Positions 12,996 to 25,819 of a DNA stretch of 64,000 nucleotides are shown one piece after another. Made by a program: the position numbers and the translations under genes. The notes under the pieces were generated by a model. That model was not told the origin of the DNA. It made no database searches and saw nothing but the letters and a program-made list of their open reading frames with translations. The stretch spans positions 3,868,183 to 3,932,182 of the forward strand of contig JAHRHZ010000074.1 in NCBI GenBank assembly GCA_024137785.1, read 5' to 3'. This DNA is from Ginglymostoma cirratum (Eukaryota). Each line of letters opens with the position of its first letter. Within the stretch, counting starts at the first letter, position 1.

Positions 12996-13470
12996 TCATT
13001 TTTTAAAAAATTATTCACACATGGCACAGGTGTTGTTGGCTGGGCCAGCATTTGTTGCACTTCTCTACTTGTCTTTGTGAAGGTAGTGGTGAGCTACCTT
13101 CTTGAACCACTGCAGTCAATGTGCTGTAGTTTGACCCACAATACTGTTAGGGATGAATTCCAGGACTTTGACCCAGTGCTAATAAAGGAACTGTGATATA
13201 TTTCCAAGCCAGGATGGTCAGTGACTTGGAAGGGAACTTGCAGGGGGTGGTGTTCCCATGTATCTGCTGCCTTTGTCCTTCTAGATGGTATTGGCTATAA
13301 GATTGGAAGGTGTTGTCCAAGGATATTATGTAAATTTATGCAGTGTATCTTGTGGACAGTACACGCTGCTGTTACTGAGTGTCGATGGAAGAGAGAGTGG
13401 ATGATTGTGGATTCAGTGCCAATCAAGTGGGCTGCTTTATCCTGGATGGTTGAGTGTTGTTTAAGTCTCT
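12996..13470 (-). mobile_element. Non-LTR retrotransposon 3' end (same family as 580-1178)
   Basis: tgttcccatgtatctgctgcc is the reverse complement of 1082-1102; tail gggccagcatttgttgc. Confidence 0.75.
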
Positions 13471-13842
13471 ACTGCTTGTAGTTTTTCACAATTTACTCTG
13501 TTCTTTCCTTTTAATGTCTGAAATAGATGGCCTCATATTTGTTGATATTGCCACAGTTTTGCACAATTCCTAAGCCCTGAACGTTATATTTTGATGCAGG
13601 CTGCTTAAAATACCCTGTATTTTTTTCAGGGAGTTTGTTGCTTTAACTGTTCTTAATCACGTCAACCTAAGTAATTATGTTTAGCCGTCATAAGTTGTAA
13701 CAAAAAATGACATTTACAAAGAATGCCAAATATGCATATAAGTACAATAATTTTAAAACCTCTAGTGATTATATTCTCTTTGTATTAATCTCAATACCTG
13801 CCCCACACTTACATTTCTACTCTTCTCCATTTTCCTTACCAG

Positions 13843-14004
13843 GAGTTCAGCTACAGCCATCCAAGTGGGTTGAGATGCACTGGAGTGGTGAAACAGCTAC
13901 GCTGACTTTTACTCACCTAAATAAGGAGGATGAGGGATTGTACACTATTCGTGTGTTGACAAAATCTGGCTATGAACTTCATAGCGCATACTTGTTTGTC
14001 AGAG
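13843..14004 (+). CDS. MYOM1: MYOM1 exon: Ig My3, second half
   Basis: accag|GA GTT...AGA G|gtatgt; VQLQPSKWVEMHWSGETATLTFTHLNKEDEGLYTIRV...SAYLFVR. Confidence 0.95.
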
Positions 14005-14601
14005 GTATGTGCACAACTGAACACAACAGACCACATGTCATTTGAGAACCTGAACAGTATCGCCAAGTCAGCTTCCCTGCTGTAGGTATCGCATTTAGCG
14101 ATAAGAATTACTGAATAATGAGAACCTGTTTTCTGTCAAGTGACCTTACTATTTAAGTAGGAGCACTGCGAGTAATTGTTACACCTCTGACACCACCAAT
14201 GTTGCAACAAACAAACCAAGGTCAGGGAAGTGGCCCTAGCTGATGTCCTTCTAGTAAGAAAGTGTGTGTTTAAACATTGAACAGGCTTCCATTATCTGAT
14301 AAACACATTCTCCTGTTAGAGCTATTGTCTTTGCAAGAGAAATGCCTTGCTGTCAGATAAAACTGGTTATCAACTCCTTGCACTATGATATGCCAGCTGT
14401 GATACTGCCTTGAGTTAGGCAGAGTGTGTTATGTCCTCCATTTTATTTTGCTGATCTGTTAAGTCTATTTTGTTTGACAGTAGCGTAAGTTTTCTTGCTA
14501 CATTGCCGCTGAATCTGTCAGGAGCCAGAGAAACCATTGTTTGGTGGGAAGTGACCAACTAATGTAGCCAGTGTAATCAGAAAGCTGTGTCTCATTTTCA
14601 G

Positions 14602-14743
14602 ACGCTGATGCAGAGGTTGCAGGTGCCCCGGGAGCTCCGTTGGATGTTTATTGTTTAGATGCCAATAAAGATTATGTCATTGTAACCTGGAAACAACCAG
14701 CAATTGATGGTGGAAGCTCCATCCTTGGTTATTTTATTGACAG
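14602..14743 (+). CDS. MYOM1: MYOM1 exon: FN3 My4, first half
   Basis: ttcag|AC GCT...GAC AG|gtaagt; DADAEVAGAPGAPLDVYCLDANKDYVIVTWKQPAIDGGSSILGYFID (not in ORF track). Confidence 0.95.
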
Positions 14744-15199
14744 GTAAGTGGTCACTCATTGTTTTTCACTGCATTCATTTGAGGTTCTAATTGAATTACA
14801 CTAATTGTGCAAAGGCAGAATTTTTTTTGTTAGCTTCTTTCCTCCTCTTCTGAAGTCTTTGATTCATATCAGAGTAAAGTTGCCTGAATAATGAATATCA
14901 GCATCCCCCCCAATATCCTAATAGAAGAACTTTCTTCCCTACATTTGAACATTGGTGGGCTCCAGGAGAGTACCGATCACATCAAATGGAGTGTGTAAAG
15001 TATAACAGCATGTTGTTATGTATAAAGTTACTTAATCCAATGATGAACAGAGAAACACAGTAAATATTTAACTTTATTCATATTTTAGTTGTTTTCTCAT
15101 GCCATTGATCATGGCAAATCGGAGAACTTAGCCATTTTGTCATTGTGCTTTGTTATTTCTCCCTCTGTCTCTTCTCTGCTGTTGCTCTCTTTTAAGAGC

Positions 15200-16060
15200 A
15201 TAGATTACAAGAAATAAAATCAGGAATTGGCCAGTTGGTTCTTCAGCCTGTGATGCCAGTCAATGCAACTAAAGCTGATCTGCCCCCTCAATTCACCGTT
15301 TTGCGCAATCTCCATATTCTTTAATTCCCTCAGGATCAAAAAATATACAGATTGCTAAATTGAATTCATTCAATAATTGGGTATTCACTGTCCTCTGGGT
15401 TAGAGAGCACTTTGAGCAAAGAAATGTCTTCTTGTCTCAATCCAAAATGTCACTCTGTAACTTCTAGACTAGATTCCCAAGCCTCGGAGACAACCTCTCA
15501 GCATTTACTCCATTAAGCCTCTTCAGAATTTAATAGTTTTTATTAAGATCACCTCTCATTCTTCTAATTTTAAGGAGTTCCGGCTTAGTCTCTTCTCAAA
15601 CGATAACCTTATCTTCACATGAATCCACCTAGTGAATCTTTGTTGCTACATCCATTTAAGTCTTATATATTCTTCCTTTGGTAAAGAGATCATAACTGTG
15701 CACAATACTCTAGGTATGGTCGCACCAAAACTCTGTATAATTGTATCAAGACTATAATTCTTATTCTCAAGTTCCTTACTGATAACGTCAAACTTACCAT
15801 TTGCTTTTCTAATCATGCGCTGTACTTGCTTGTTAACTTTCTGTGATTCATGCACAAGGACATCCAGGTCCCATTGAATGCCAAAATTCTCAGTCTCTCA
15901 CTATTTAAAAAATATTCTGTTTTCACCTCAAAAGTGAAGGAAACTTTTCCATCTGCCATGTTCTTGCTCATTCATTTAATGTGTTTATATTTCTTTCTAG
16001 CCTTCCAACTCAAAACTTACTAGCCCAACTAATTTTGTACTATCAGCAAACTTACAAGTT
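15200..16060 (-). mobile_element. CR1 LINE 3' fragment
   Basis: Minus ORF 15646..15855 (VNKQVQRMIRKANGK) and a CR1-type 3' UTR. Confidence 0.7.
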
Positions 16061-17337
16061 GCACTCATTTGTCACATGTGTCTGGGCTTTATGACAATGA
16101 TGTCACAGCGCTGTTTTCTACTTTGAATAAATAGCACAGATGGTCTATTTAAGCCATATAGAAAGAAGCTAAATCAACAATGGAAAATTGTTAGGATGTG
16201 GATAACAAGCTTTTAATAATGTAACCAAAAGTTCTGAAACTGGTATCTCTTGGAATTGTTGTATATAGCATTCATATGCAATAAATAAGATTCTACAGAG
16301 CCTAAGCTTGAAGACAGTTCTTGACCTCGCCTTCTCCTCAACCAGTCTGCACTGAACATAAATTCTCAGGTGTGGCCCTAAAATCACATGGCAAAAGGTT
16401 CCATGCCTTCATTTCTGTTCTCCCTCGTAATTCTTTGATTATCTTCTGCCATTTCCTGTTGTTGTCTGTCTTAACTTACTGTCCTTTTTATGTGGATCAT
16501 GGGAGGTGTCTTGGCCATATACTAGAGAAAGGAATTACTAATGGTTACAGGCTGTTTTCAGGATAGGAGTTTTGTAAAAAATAAAATATGTAGAAATTTT
16601 GTTTATTAGGGAAAAACAACATTAAAATAATTCAGAAAACATTTTAGCAGCTTAACGGAGTTGTTGGCTGGACTATTTCACCATTGGGTGAAATACTCTC
16701 ACCAAAAAATCCCCCATTAACATTGAAAACACACATCACATCACCACCTGCAGGAGTTACAGCAAGAGCTCTCCATATCCCAAAATTAATATAAGCCAAC
16801 TTTGTGACTAATACAAAATTTCATTTCTGAGTTTTTTGGTTGCAAGCTTATAGTGAGTGTAAAATCTCACTCGTGCAAGATTACGTTGTAAATGAACTGA
16901 TTAATAATACACCTTTTGCTCCATCCTTGTTATAATGTACCATCTTGAATCTTCCAATCAGTGATACACCTGTGTCACTACAGTCCCAATTTCCAATTCT
17001 CACTAGCACTAAACACACTTTGCCCAACAGTAGACCCTTGTAGAATTGCTCTTTATTTTCTACTGTTCCAAATGAAAATGTACTCTTGGGTAAAAGACCA
17101 AAGACTTAGGTAAAAGGAAAGAAAAACAAATAGGTGGAAATCTCCAAGCAGCACTAAAAAAAAAATTTAGACTGAACTTAAGTACACTACATGTAATGCA
17201 CAACATTAACTTCTAATGCTTTTGTGTAATAGTGATGGCAGTAAGCTGTAAAAATGTTTTGTAATTGTAAGAATGGTGACTAATTTGCTCCACTTTTTAT
17301 ATTTGTTTAAACAAACAACTCATCCCTTTTGCAACAG

Positions 17338-17537
17338 ATGTGAAGTAGGAACCAATCATTGGGTTCAGTGTAATGATACTCCAGTGAAGTTTGCCCGCTT
17401 TCCTGTCACTGGGTTGGTGGAAGGTCGTTCCTACATCTTCCGTGTGCGTGCTGTCAATAATGTTGGAATTAGCAGGCCATCCCGTGTATCTGAACCTGTT
17501 GCAGCCTTGGATCCTTCTGATAGAGCAAGGTTGAAGG
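17338..17537 (+). CDS. MYOM1: MYOM1 exon: FN3 My4, second half
   Basis: aacag|A TGT...AAG G|gtatgc; CEVGTNHWVQCNDTPVKFARFPVTGLVEGRSYIFRVRAVN...ARLK. Confidence 0.96.
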
Positions 17538-18668
17538 GTATGCCTTTTTCTTCTGTTAATGCTTACTCTTAGGGAGGAAGTCTTTAAAGAGTGACTCCTT
17601 AAATACCACATGTTTGACAAACTCTTAACATTCAACACAACGGATCAAAATAGTAAATCCAATGTTTGCTACTCAAAATTGACCTGGGTCGCATGCAATG
17701 TGATAGAAAGGGAAAGTAAAGCACACCAGAATTGAGGTACTCCTCTGTGATTTAGTAGCTTAATATATTGGAGTGACAAGATCTGGTGCCCAACAGTGGC
17801 ATGTAGATTTGATCTCCAATGCAAATAAGATCCCAAATCTGATGAATTCGGCTGAGGGTAAATCTCCCTTAATGATAGAAGAAGAAGAAGCAAAGAAGGA
17901 TGCATCATGCATTCTGGTGTCTGGTGCAGAATGATGATGGTAATATATCTGGCATCTTGTCTAAAATCTCAAAACAATTGTAAAGAAGGTGCCTATCAGT
18001 GCTGTTTGATCTATCATTAAGTTGCACAAGGACAGTCAAGGTACAGAAATGGGTAAGGTGGCTTTGACTAGGGTTGATTTTATTCTTGGTAGGAAAGAAT
18101 GCAATGCATCAAGGCCCATTTTCTCCACAGTGTGAAACTTCCCAGTGTAAGGAAAGTTTCACTGAGTTGGGCTAATTTCTACTTTATGGAGGAGGAAGTG
18201 AATCCATTGATCTGCTCTGCAACAGAATTTGATATCCAAGTCACCATCTCCACTAATGCCTACTCGGATAAATTAAAATAAACCCTAAGTAAACTGTTGT
18301 AAACTCATTATTTCTTTCCTTCTGAACAGTTTTTAATCTACTGTCCTTATTTTTCTTGAATTCCTCCTTCTTTAACTTTCTCCAATAGTTAACAGTGGAT
18401 AACCTAGGCAAAGAATTTCTGAAAGTCTATGTACACCACATCCACCTTATTTGTCTCAGCCACCATATCAGTCACCCTCTCAAAAATACAGCCTGTTGTT
18501 GAGAAATGCATCTGATAGATTCTTTTTAAAGAATTCTGTTAACTGTGTCCATTTTTTGGGCTATGTTGAACTCCTCCCTCCTACCTTTTCTGACACAATA
18601 CAAAAAAAAATTGATCTCAAGGCTTATTGAAAACAATATTTTATCTTTTTGTATTATTTTATTATCAG

Positions 18669-18725
18669 GAATTCCATTAGCCCCATGGACAGGACAGATT
18701 ATTGTAACAGAAGAAGAACCAACAG
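18669..18725 (+). CDS. MYOM1: MYOM1 exon: My4-My5 linker
   Basis: atcag|GA ATT...ACA G|gtaaag; IPLAPWTGQIIVTEEEPT. Confidence 0.93.
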
Positions 18726-19389
18726 GTAAAGAATGCATCTTTTTCTAAGCGTATTAATCTGCTGAGATCATACTCAACCTGCAACGATTTGGAATCAATC
18801 AAAATATTTTTCTCTGTAACTGTGTATTTTCCATTTTTTTCCTGTATCAGTAAACTTGTGAGGATGGGTGTTAGTAGTTATCGTTTAGGGAGATTTTAAT
18901 TTTTGGCAGGTGACTGGTGGAGTAAGCCAAGTGCCCAATCTCATAAGAAAGAATCCAAAACAGTTGGAAGTCCTGGATTTCATTTATCTTAAACTGACAA
19001 CTTACTGGTGCCAAATGGGCACCAAGCAAACTCTTGATCAAGCTTGCTGAATTTGGGCTCGGATATGTCAACTGAGATTAAAGTCCCAGGGAAGGTTGTG
19101 ATTATCAAAGTGGATGCAATGGCCTACATTACTTTTCATTAGAACTAAAGAAGTGTTCCTGAAACTGGTAATATGAAGAATGAGTAAAGGATGTTTTGAA
19201 GGCCCACTTTGACAAAGTACTTGATTGCTCTTGATTAATAACCTTAGTGAAATTAGAAATTGTAAAAAAGTTTATATGTTCATTTAATTTTTAAAAAATC
19301 TTCATACCGTACAACACAGCAGCATTTTCCTAGTCTTCTTCATCACAGATTTCCCCAGTCTCCACTCCAACCTTGGCAGCCCAGTTACA

Positions 19390-19516
19390 CTGATGAAGGG
19401 TCTAGGCCCGAAACGTCAAGTTTTCCTGCTCCTATGATGCTGCTTGACCTGCTGTGTTCATCCAGCCCCATGCTTGTTATCTCGGATTCTCCAGCATCTG
19501 CAGTACCTCTTATCTC
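19390..19516 (+). mobile_element. Short Penelope-derived insertion starting at a minimal hammerhead ribozyme core
   Basis: CTGATGA-A-GGGT-CTAG-GCCC-GAAAC-GTC at 19390-19417; homologous to 54899-55017; flanking repeat CAGTTACACTG at 19382-19392 and 19516-19526. Confidence 0.8.
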
Positions 19517-19794
19517 AGTTACACTGTAAATGGGTCTGGCATTTGTTTTTCATATGTAAATACATTGAGCTCAGCAAATTGACAAGCATCAGGAGTACAA
19601 GCAAGCGACAGGCGGAAGACCAGTGTGGTAAAGTTCTATTGTATTTGAGCAGGTCTATTTAGGCCGTGGACGTTTGCAGGAATTTTGAGCCTAGCAGCAT
19701 CATTGACTTTCTGAAAATGATGATCAAAAAAAGAAATTCTTGAGTGTTTTCCACTTCTGAAGTAAAGACTTGCTGTCCCATTATATCCCAACAG

Positions 19795-19919
19795 AGGGTG
19801 TAGTGCCTGGACAACCTACGGAACTTGCTGTGACTGAGGCCACGAGGAATTATGTGGTCCTCAGCTGGAAGCCTCCTGGTCAACGTGGCCATGAAGGAAT
19901 CATGTATTATGTCGAAAAG
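19795..19919 (+). CDS. MYOM1: MYOM1 exon: FN3 My5, first half
   Basis: aacag|AG GGT...GAA AAG|gtgaat; GVVPGQPTELAVTEATRNYVVLSWKPPGQRGHEGIMYYVEK. Confidence 0.95.
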
Positions 19920-20731
19920 GTGAATACCTCAAGACACATGTGGAAGTACATAACATAATTCCCAAATCGCTTTCAAATGCATGTGTAAACTTATGCTGTT
20001 AAATATCAGCCTGTGCCTGGAAATAAGCCATTAAAACCAGGAATTAAGCCATTAAAGAAAATTCCAGCCAAGCTTTACAGAATGCTGAACTTAGATATAA
20101 CTATGTGGGTATTCATCAATGTTCTTCTCTGTGTACTTGATGCATTAGATTACCATCGTTTCTAAAATGGTTTTACAGTGGATTTTAACACAAAGGAAAC
20201 TAGTGTAATATCCACTCCAAGCCAACCTTCAACCCCCCGTTTTACGTAGATAGAACTAATAATAGACAAGTAAATAATCTTCCAATTTGAATATCTTACT
20301 ACAGCTTTTATTTAGCACCACAAGACGTCTCTGAAATATTGATAATGACTTCTACAGTTGTTTACAGATGAATGATTGCTGTTAAGTGTATCTAAATCAT
20401 TGTGTCACTTCTACATGATGTCATCATTATGACATATCTATTTTTGTCCTTCTTTAAGCAGAATGAACCATTGTTCCTCTTCCTACCTACCCAGCTAAAG
20501 CAACCAACCCAGTCACAGTATAACTATCACTATAAGTTTCCTAGCAACATATAAATGAGTCTGATCCCAGCAGATTCACCAGTGTCAGTGCTTGCAGGGA
20601 ACATTCAAACCTAAATGAGCCATCAACTGATACAATTGAAAGCACTCTGCCTTCCAACAGCTATTTAATGATAGCCTTATTCATTAATTTTTTTAATGCT
20701 CATTAGCCCTTTTCTTGCTTGTTTGAATTAG

Positions 20732-20915
20732 TGTGTTGCAGGTACCGAGGACTGGCAAAGGGTTAACCCAGAGATCCCTGTGAAGTCTCCACGATTTGCA
20801 TTGTTTGATCTGGCTGAGGGTAAATCGTATCGTTTCCGTGTCCGTTCTGCTAATTCTGCTGGCATTGGTGAGCCTTCTGAGCCAACAGAATTTACTGAAG
20901 TCACAGACAAACTTG
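20732..20915 (+). CDS. MYOM1: MYOM1 exon: FN3 My5, second half
   Basis: attag|TGT GTT...CTT G|gtaagt; CVAGTEDWQRVNPEIPVKSPRFALFDLAEGKSYRFRVRSANSAG...DKL. Confidence 0.95.
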
Positions 20916-21421
20916 GTAAGTATGAATTAGACATGACCATACACCCACTTGTCATGCCTGCTTTCCTATGTTACCTTATAATAATTGTTTACTGGGATGT
21001 CACCATTCCTTGCACAGATTTGTACAAAATACAGATGAGGATTGAATTAGCAGCTTGCACATTATTAATTATCAGTCCCTATGATTTATCTTCTTAAGTG
21101 TACAGCTTAAATCTTAGTCACTCTTCTTTTTACTGCTGCTGCTCAATATTACCCATGTGGTGTCAAACTCCTCAAGAAACAGATTACATTGGGTCTGAGA
21201 AACAAGAAAGCTTACATTTTCTCTACAAATTCTGAAGGATGAAGCTTCAAAGTTTTTAGTTTATTCTAGGGTATTCCTTTTAAACTAAATGCAAAAAAAA
21301 ACCCACAGCTCACAATTATTGTCAAACAATGGTCACTCATACAGGCTGTACATCTTCTAGAACAGTCAAAATAGCCACGTTTATTTCAATGCTTGCCAAA
21401 TTTTTGTCTTTTGTCTTTCAG

Positions 21422-21596
21422 ATGTTCCAAAAGCTCCAAGTCATGTTGTGCCTTCAAGAAACACAGACACTTCTGTAGTTGTCACTTGGGAAGAGTCAAA
21501 AGATGCAAAGGAATTAGTTGGGTACTACATTGAAGCAAGCGTCAGTGGATCTGGAAAATGGGAACCATGCAACAACAAACCAGTGAAAGGCAAAAG
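21422..21596 (+). CDS. MYOM1: MYOM1 exon: FN3 My6, first half
   Basis: ttcag|AT GTT...AAA AG|gtagtg; DVPKAPSHVVPSRNTDTSVVVTWEESKDAKELVGYYIEASVSGSGKWEPCNNKPVKGK (not in ORF track). Confidence 0.95.
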
Positions 21597-22429
21597 GTAG
21601 TGCTGAAGGCTATTAGAGAGTCTTATATAAATGAAGCAGAGGAAAGAATAAGGCAGAATCAAAATGAATGCATGAGAGAGAATGGGTGTGTATGAAGAGA
21701 CTGATCCAGAATTTGTCCATAGGCATTGAAATAGTCTTGTTGCACTTTAAACCTGGCAGCAGAACCCGAGGGATGCAGATATCACAAAAATCCACTCGGT
21801 ACGTGTATGTGAATTAAAAACAGAAAAAGCAACAAGACATATTTGAGAATGAGGTATGTTTTGTCCTTTATATATGTATTCTTTCTCTACTGCTCTTCAT
21901 ATCTGAAGACTTCAATATACAGGATATACCATGTCATAAATGGAGAAAAAGCCTGGAATAATTGCGAATGTTGTTGCTGGTTCTGCACAAGGCATCATGT
22001 TTGCTTGAGATTTTTCATTGTATTTCATTAAATTTCCTTCTATTTTGCAAGGACAGGGAATCACAAGACCTCAGATGGAAAGGTGAAATATGTTCATCTA
22101 ATCAAGAGAAAATGAAAACATATTGGCAGGGCCAAGCAGTACAACACTGATGTCTGGCTGTTCTGAAGCCTACATTAATAAGAGTGGAACAGTATATAAG
22201 TCCTTAACATAAATGACATGACCAGCGGCTTCAGGGAAAGGAAACATAATTTTTTTTCCTTTGGCAGGATTTTTCGGTTTTCTTTTAATTGCCATCTTTT
22301 TCAAGCGAAAACTGGTGGAATAATTTGAACAAAAAGTAATCTAGAAAACTTTTCCCTTTCTTTATAAACTTTCAAGAGAAAATGGTCATGAATACATTGG
22401 CATGTGTAGACCCTCGGTGTGACTGCCCA

Positions 22430-23260
22430 TTGCTCAGTTATACAGGCCTCCTCCTCCGAGGTGGAGGTGGACCTGAGGGTCTATGGGCACTGGCTTCTTA
22501 GCTGAGGTTCCCTGGGTGTCTCCATAAGAGATGAAAAGGGATTAGTTTTAGAAGTCGGATAAAATCTTATCCAGGTTAAGAATGAATTAGCGCTGGCGGC
22601 AATGGGAGTACAGCATAGCACAGAGTCAGTTGCCTTGTCTCTCCATCCACGCTTGAGCCGCTGTGCTCTTCTCCTGCCAAATCTAGTATTTTCTCCTCCT
22701 GGGGAGTGAGGAGTTTGTTGTCTGGCATCCCTCCACCAGTCTTGGCCTTCTCGTCCAGTTAAAGGCCAGGTTTTCTCACAATGTGATGAAGAGATGGATT
22801 GAGTATAATGAAGATGAGTGCAAGAATGGTTAGTGGTGACGCATCAACAGATGAGTTGGTGAGGTGTCCCCAGTGAAGGATGAGGAGATCAGAGACCATG
22901 AGTAGTTTAGAAGGATGAATTAGGTGAGAGTTAGTGATAGTGATGATGTATCTGTAGCCCTTGAGGCTTGATGAGATGCATATGCTGTGGCAGAGCTAGT
23001 AAGTGGTGGCCCTGTGAATGTGATGTAGCAGTGAGAGACCTTGGTGGCACATGTTTTTCCAGAACATGGACAAACATTGACTTTTGGCTCTGGGCTTCCT
23101 ACTTCACTCAGACTCAGCTCTGAAAATTCTGTCCAGGTCCAGGCCCAGGCTGGCTATGTCTGGTGGCCTGGCCATCTTTGGCAGTGAACAGTCAGCTTTC
23201 CATCTACCAGCACCTCTTGATCTTTGTCCTGGATGCAGGGAGCTAGCTTGCTTTTACTCT
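22430..23260 (-). mobile_element. Possible Harbinger Myb/SANT-like gene remnant
   Basis: Minus-strand fragments DQEVLVDG, PAW and EKAKTGG resemble Harbinger-associated Myb/SANT-like proteins; heavily decayed. Confidence 0.35.
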
Positions 23261-23439
23261 TAGACATTTTCAAACTTCAGGGTGAAGTGCCACAGTTTGA
23301 GAAGTATTTCCTGGCTTGCAGTATCTGAAGTAGTCTGCAGCTTGACATTAAAAAAACAATATGAGAGGTATGTAAGCTGGAATGTCCCAGAAGTGGTGAG
23401 CAATTTGCCATGTGATTTCCCTGATAAACTCACTTCCTA

Positions 23440-23880
23440 AGACTATAACATGTAGAAGCAGAAATAAGCCTTTCAGCTCATTGAGTCCACTCCGCCATTT
23501 GATCATGGCTGACGTGTTTCCCAACTCTATTCTTCTGCCTTCTCCCTGTAACGTTTGATCCCCTTACTAATCTAAAACATATCTATCTCTGCCTTGAAGA
23601 CACACAATGATTTGGCCTCCATAGGCTTCTGTGGCAATGACTTCCACAGATTTATCACCCGCTAGCTGAAGAACTTCCTCCTCATCTCAGTTCCAAAGGG
23701 TCGACCCTTCACTCTGATGCTGTACCCTTGTATCTCTCCTACTGCTGGTAACATCTTCTCCAAGTCCACTCTATCCAGGCCTCTCAGTATTCTGTACCTT
23801 TCAATGAGATCCCTCCCTCATCCTTCTAAACTCCATTGTGTACAGACCCAGTGTCCTCAACGCATCTTGTATGACATATG
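23440..23880 (-). mobile_element. CR1 LINE 3' end
   Basis: aagaacttcctcctcatctcag...aacatcttctccaagtccactctatccaggcc; reverse-complement homolog of 36650-36985. Confidence 0.7.
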
Positions 23881-24090
23881 ACACACAACAGCTATTATGA
23901 TGTATAAAGCTGAAGACTGTGTAAGAAAATTCACCATGGGGTCATGGCAGGCTGTGCACAATGTAACTCATTCACTATCACATTTTAACTGCAAATGGGA
24001 AAAAAAATTCAGCCCCATGTGTCAGGAAGGAGAACTTATGAAAATCACGAAATGGCATGGGATATTCAATGCCAGTGACATGGTGAAATA

Positions 24091-24220
24091 CACTTGATGA
24101 AGGACCAGCGCTCCAAAAGCTTGTGATTTTAAATAAACCTATTGGACTATAACCTAGTGTCTTCTGTCTTCTGACTTCTGACTTTGTCCATCCCAGTGCA
24201 ACACCGGCATCTCCACATCC
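24091..24220 (+). mobile_element. Second Penelope-like terminal family with degenerate hammerhead
   Basis: cac-TTGATGA-A-GGACC-AGC-GCTCC-AAAAGCTT-gtg, followed by aataaacctattggactataacc. Confidence 0.5.
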
Positions 24221-24606
24221 TAAGCATGCAAGGCATATCTAAATAATAAGGCATAACACAAGATGCTTACTCCAGCACAATAACATTGGTACATGAGTCA
24301 ATGTTACATGATCAGACTTTCAAGATTGCATTCCATCAGAGTTGGTAATCCCTGTTATTAAACCGTTGAGTAGTTCTATTTCACCTTAATTGTGTAATTT
24401 CAGTTCTCATTTCATTGTGGCAGAAATATGGGAAGAAGACTTAGCATTGTTGTGTAGTATAGTTTTCTGTTGAATGAAAACTTTTCCTGTACACCTGATA
24501 CTTGTAGTCAAGATAATAGATACAAAAATTTTGACTGGAGCACAAATAAAAAACTACCGTGGTATATAATTGATTGATATTGTAAATGAAGTATTTTGTT
24601 TTATAG

Positions 24607-24728
24607 ATTTATTTGTCATGGGCTACAAACTGGACAGTTATACAAGTTTCGAGTTAGGGCTGTAAATGCAGCCGGGCTTAGTCAATTCTCACATGAGTCT
24701 GAGGCTTTGGAAGTCAAAGCTGCTTTAG
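24607..24728 (+). CDS. MYOM1: MYOM1 exon: FN3 My6, second half
   Basis: tatag|A TTT...TTA G|gtaggt; FICHGLQTGQLYKFRVRAVNAAGLSQFSHESEALEVKAAL (not in ORF track). Confidence 0.95.
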
Positions 24729-25819
24729 GTAGGTAATAACATTTAAATTGTTGTCATATGAAGCTGTCATTTGTGAAAGTGCATTTATTTACCTATAAAA
24801 ATACATTTACTTAACTTTGAATATCTATTTATGTGTTTTTGAACTACATTTAATCTGAAAATTCATCTACTTAGTTTCAAAATGATATTTGTTTAATTAT
24901 GAAAAATAATCATTTATCTTTGGGAATGTATATATTGCTTTTAGAATTTTCTCAGTAATTAATGAGTCACTGTTTTCACAGTACCATCTGTTTCACTTTA
25001 CCATCCATGATGCCTTACTCGATGTTCTGATCATGCACTGTGCCTGTATCACATGGAAAGCGTTTTTTTTCTCGTTGAGACAATCCATTATCCACTGTAT
25101 CAAATCTCACATCAGCCTGCTTCACAGTCATATGTTCCAAAGCTTACCTGAATCATCGATTTCGTGCCTTGCTCCAGCATTATGTAATGTATCTCATAAA
25201 ACACCACCATCTTTTTCACACAAATAAAATCACCTAGCTCTTTTCTGTTCTGCATTTGCTACAATTTTTGCTTGTTGCCTACTTAACAATACAAAAGCAC
25301 ATTTAATGCCTGTTTCTATGACTGCTGCTACCTGCTTTTAACCGATTGTCTCCTGTCAGCAAATATACAAGTTCCTTAGATCTGTGAAATGGCCACGATG
25401 CAAAACCCTGCATTTATCAAAAACTAATCTGTGCACCGCTTACTCATTGTCATTTAGTATTTTTCCTTTGAGTTTAACTAAATCGATCAATGTTTTCAAA
25501 GTCTAAATGATATGTATTTAATTATTAATGATGATAGAAACCCTTCCACCCAATTCCAGTTCAAATCAAAAATTAGTTTACTGAATAACTTGTGAAGCCT
25601 ACGTTGGGTCCTAAAACAAAGGGATAATTGCTATGATCAGATGGAATTGTATTACTGTATAAGTACAGCTATTTAAATGGCCTAAATAAATGACTGAAAC
25701 AACTTATTTTCTTCATTGGTCGAATCGTTTTTCTCACAAATAATTTTAATGCATAGAATTCCATACCTCTTGCCTTTACAGAGCTGGTAATGTTGATATA
25801 TTTTTCATTTAGGATTTGG

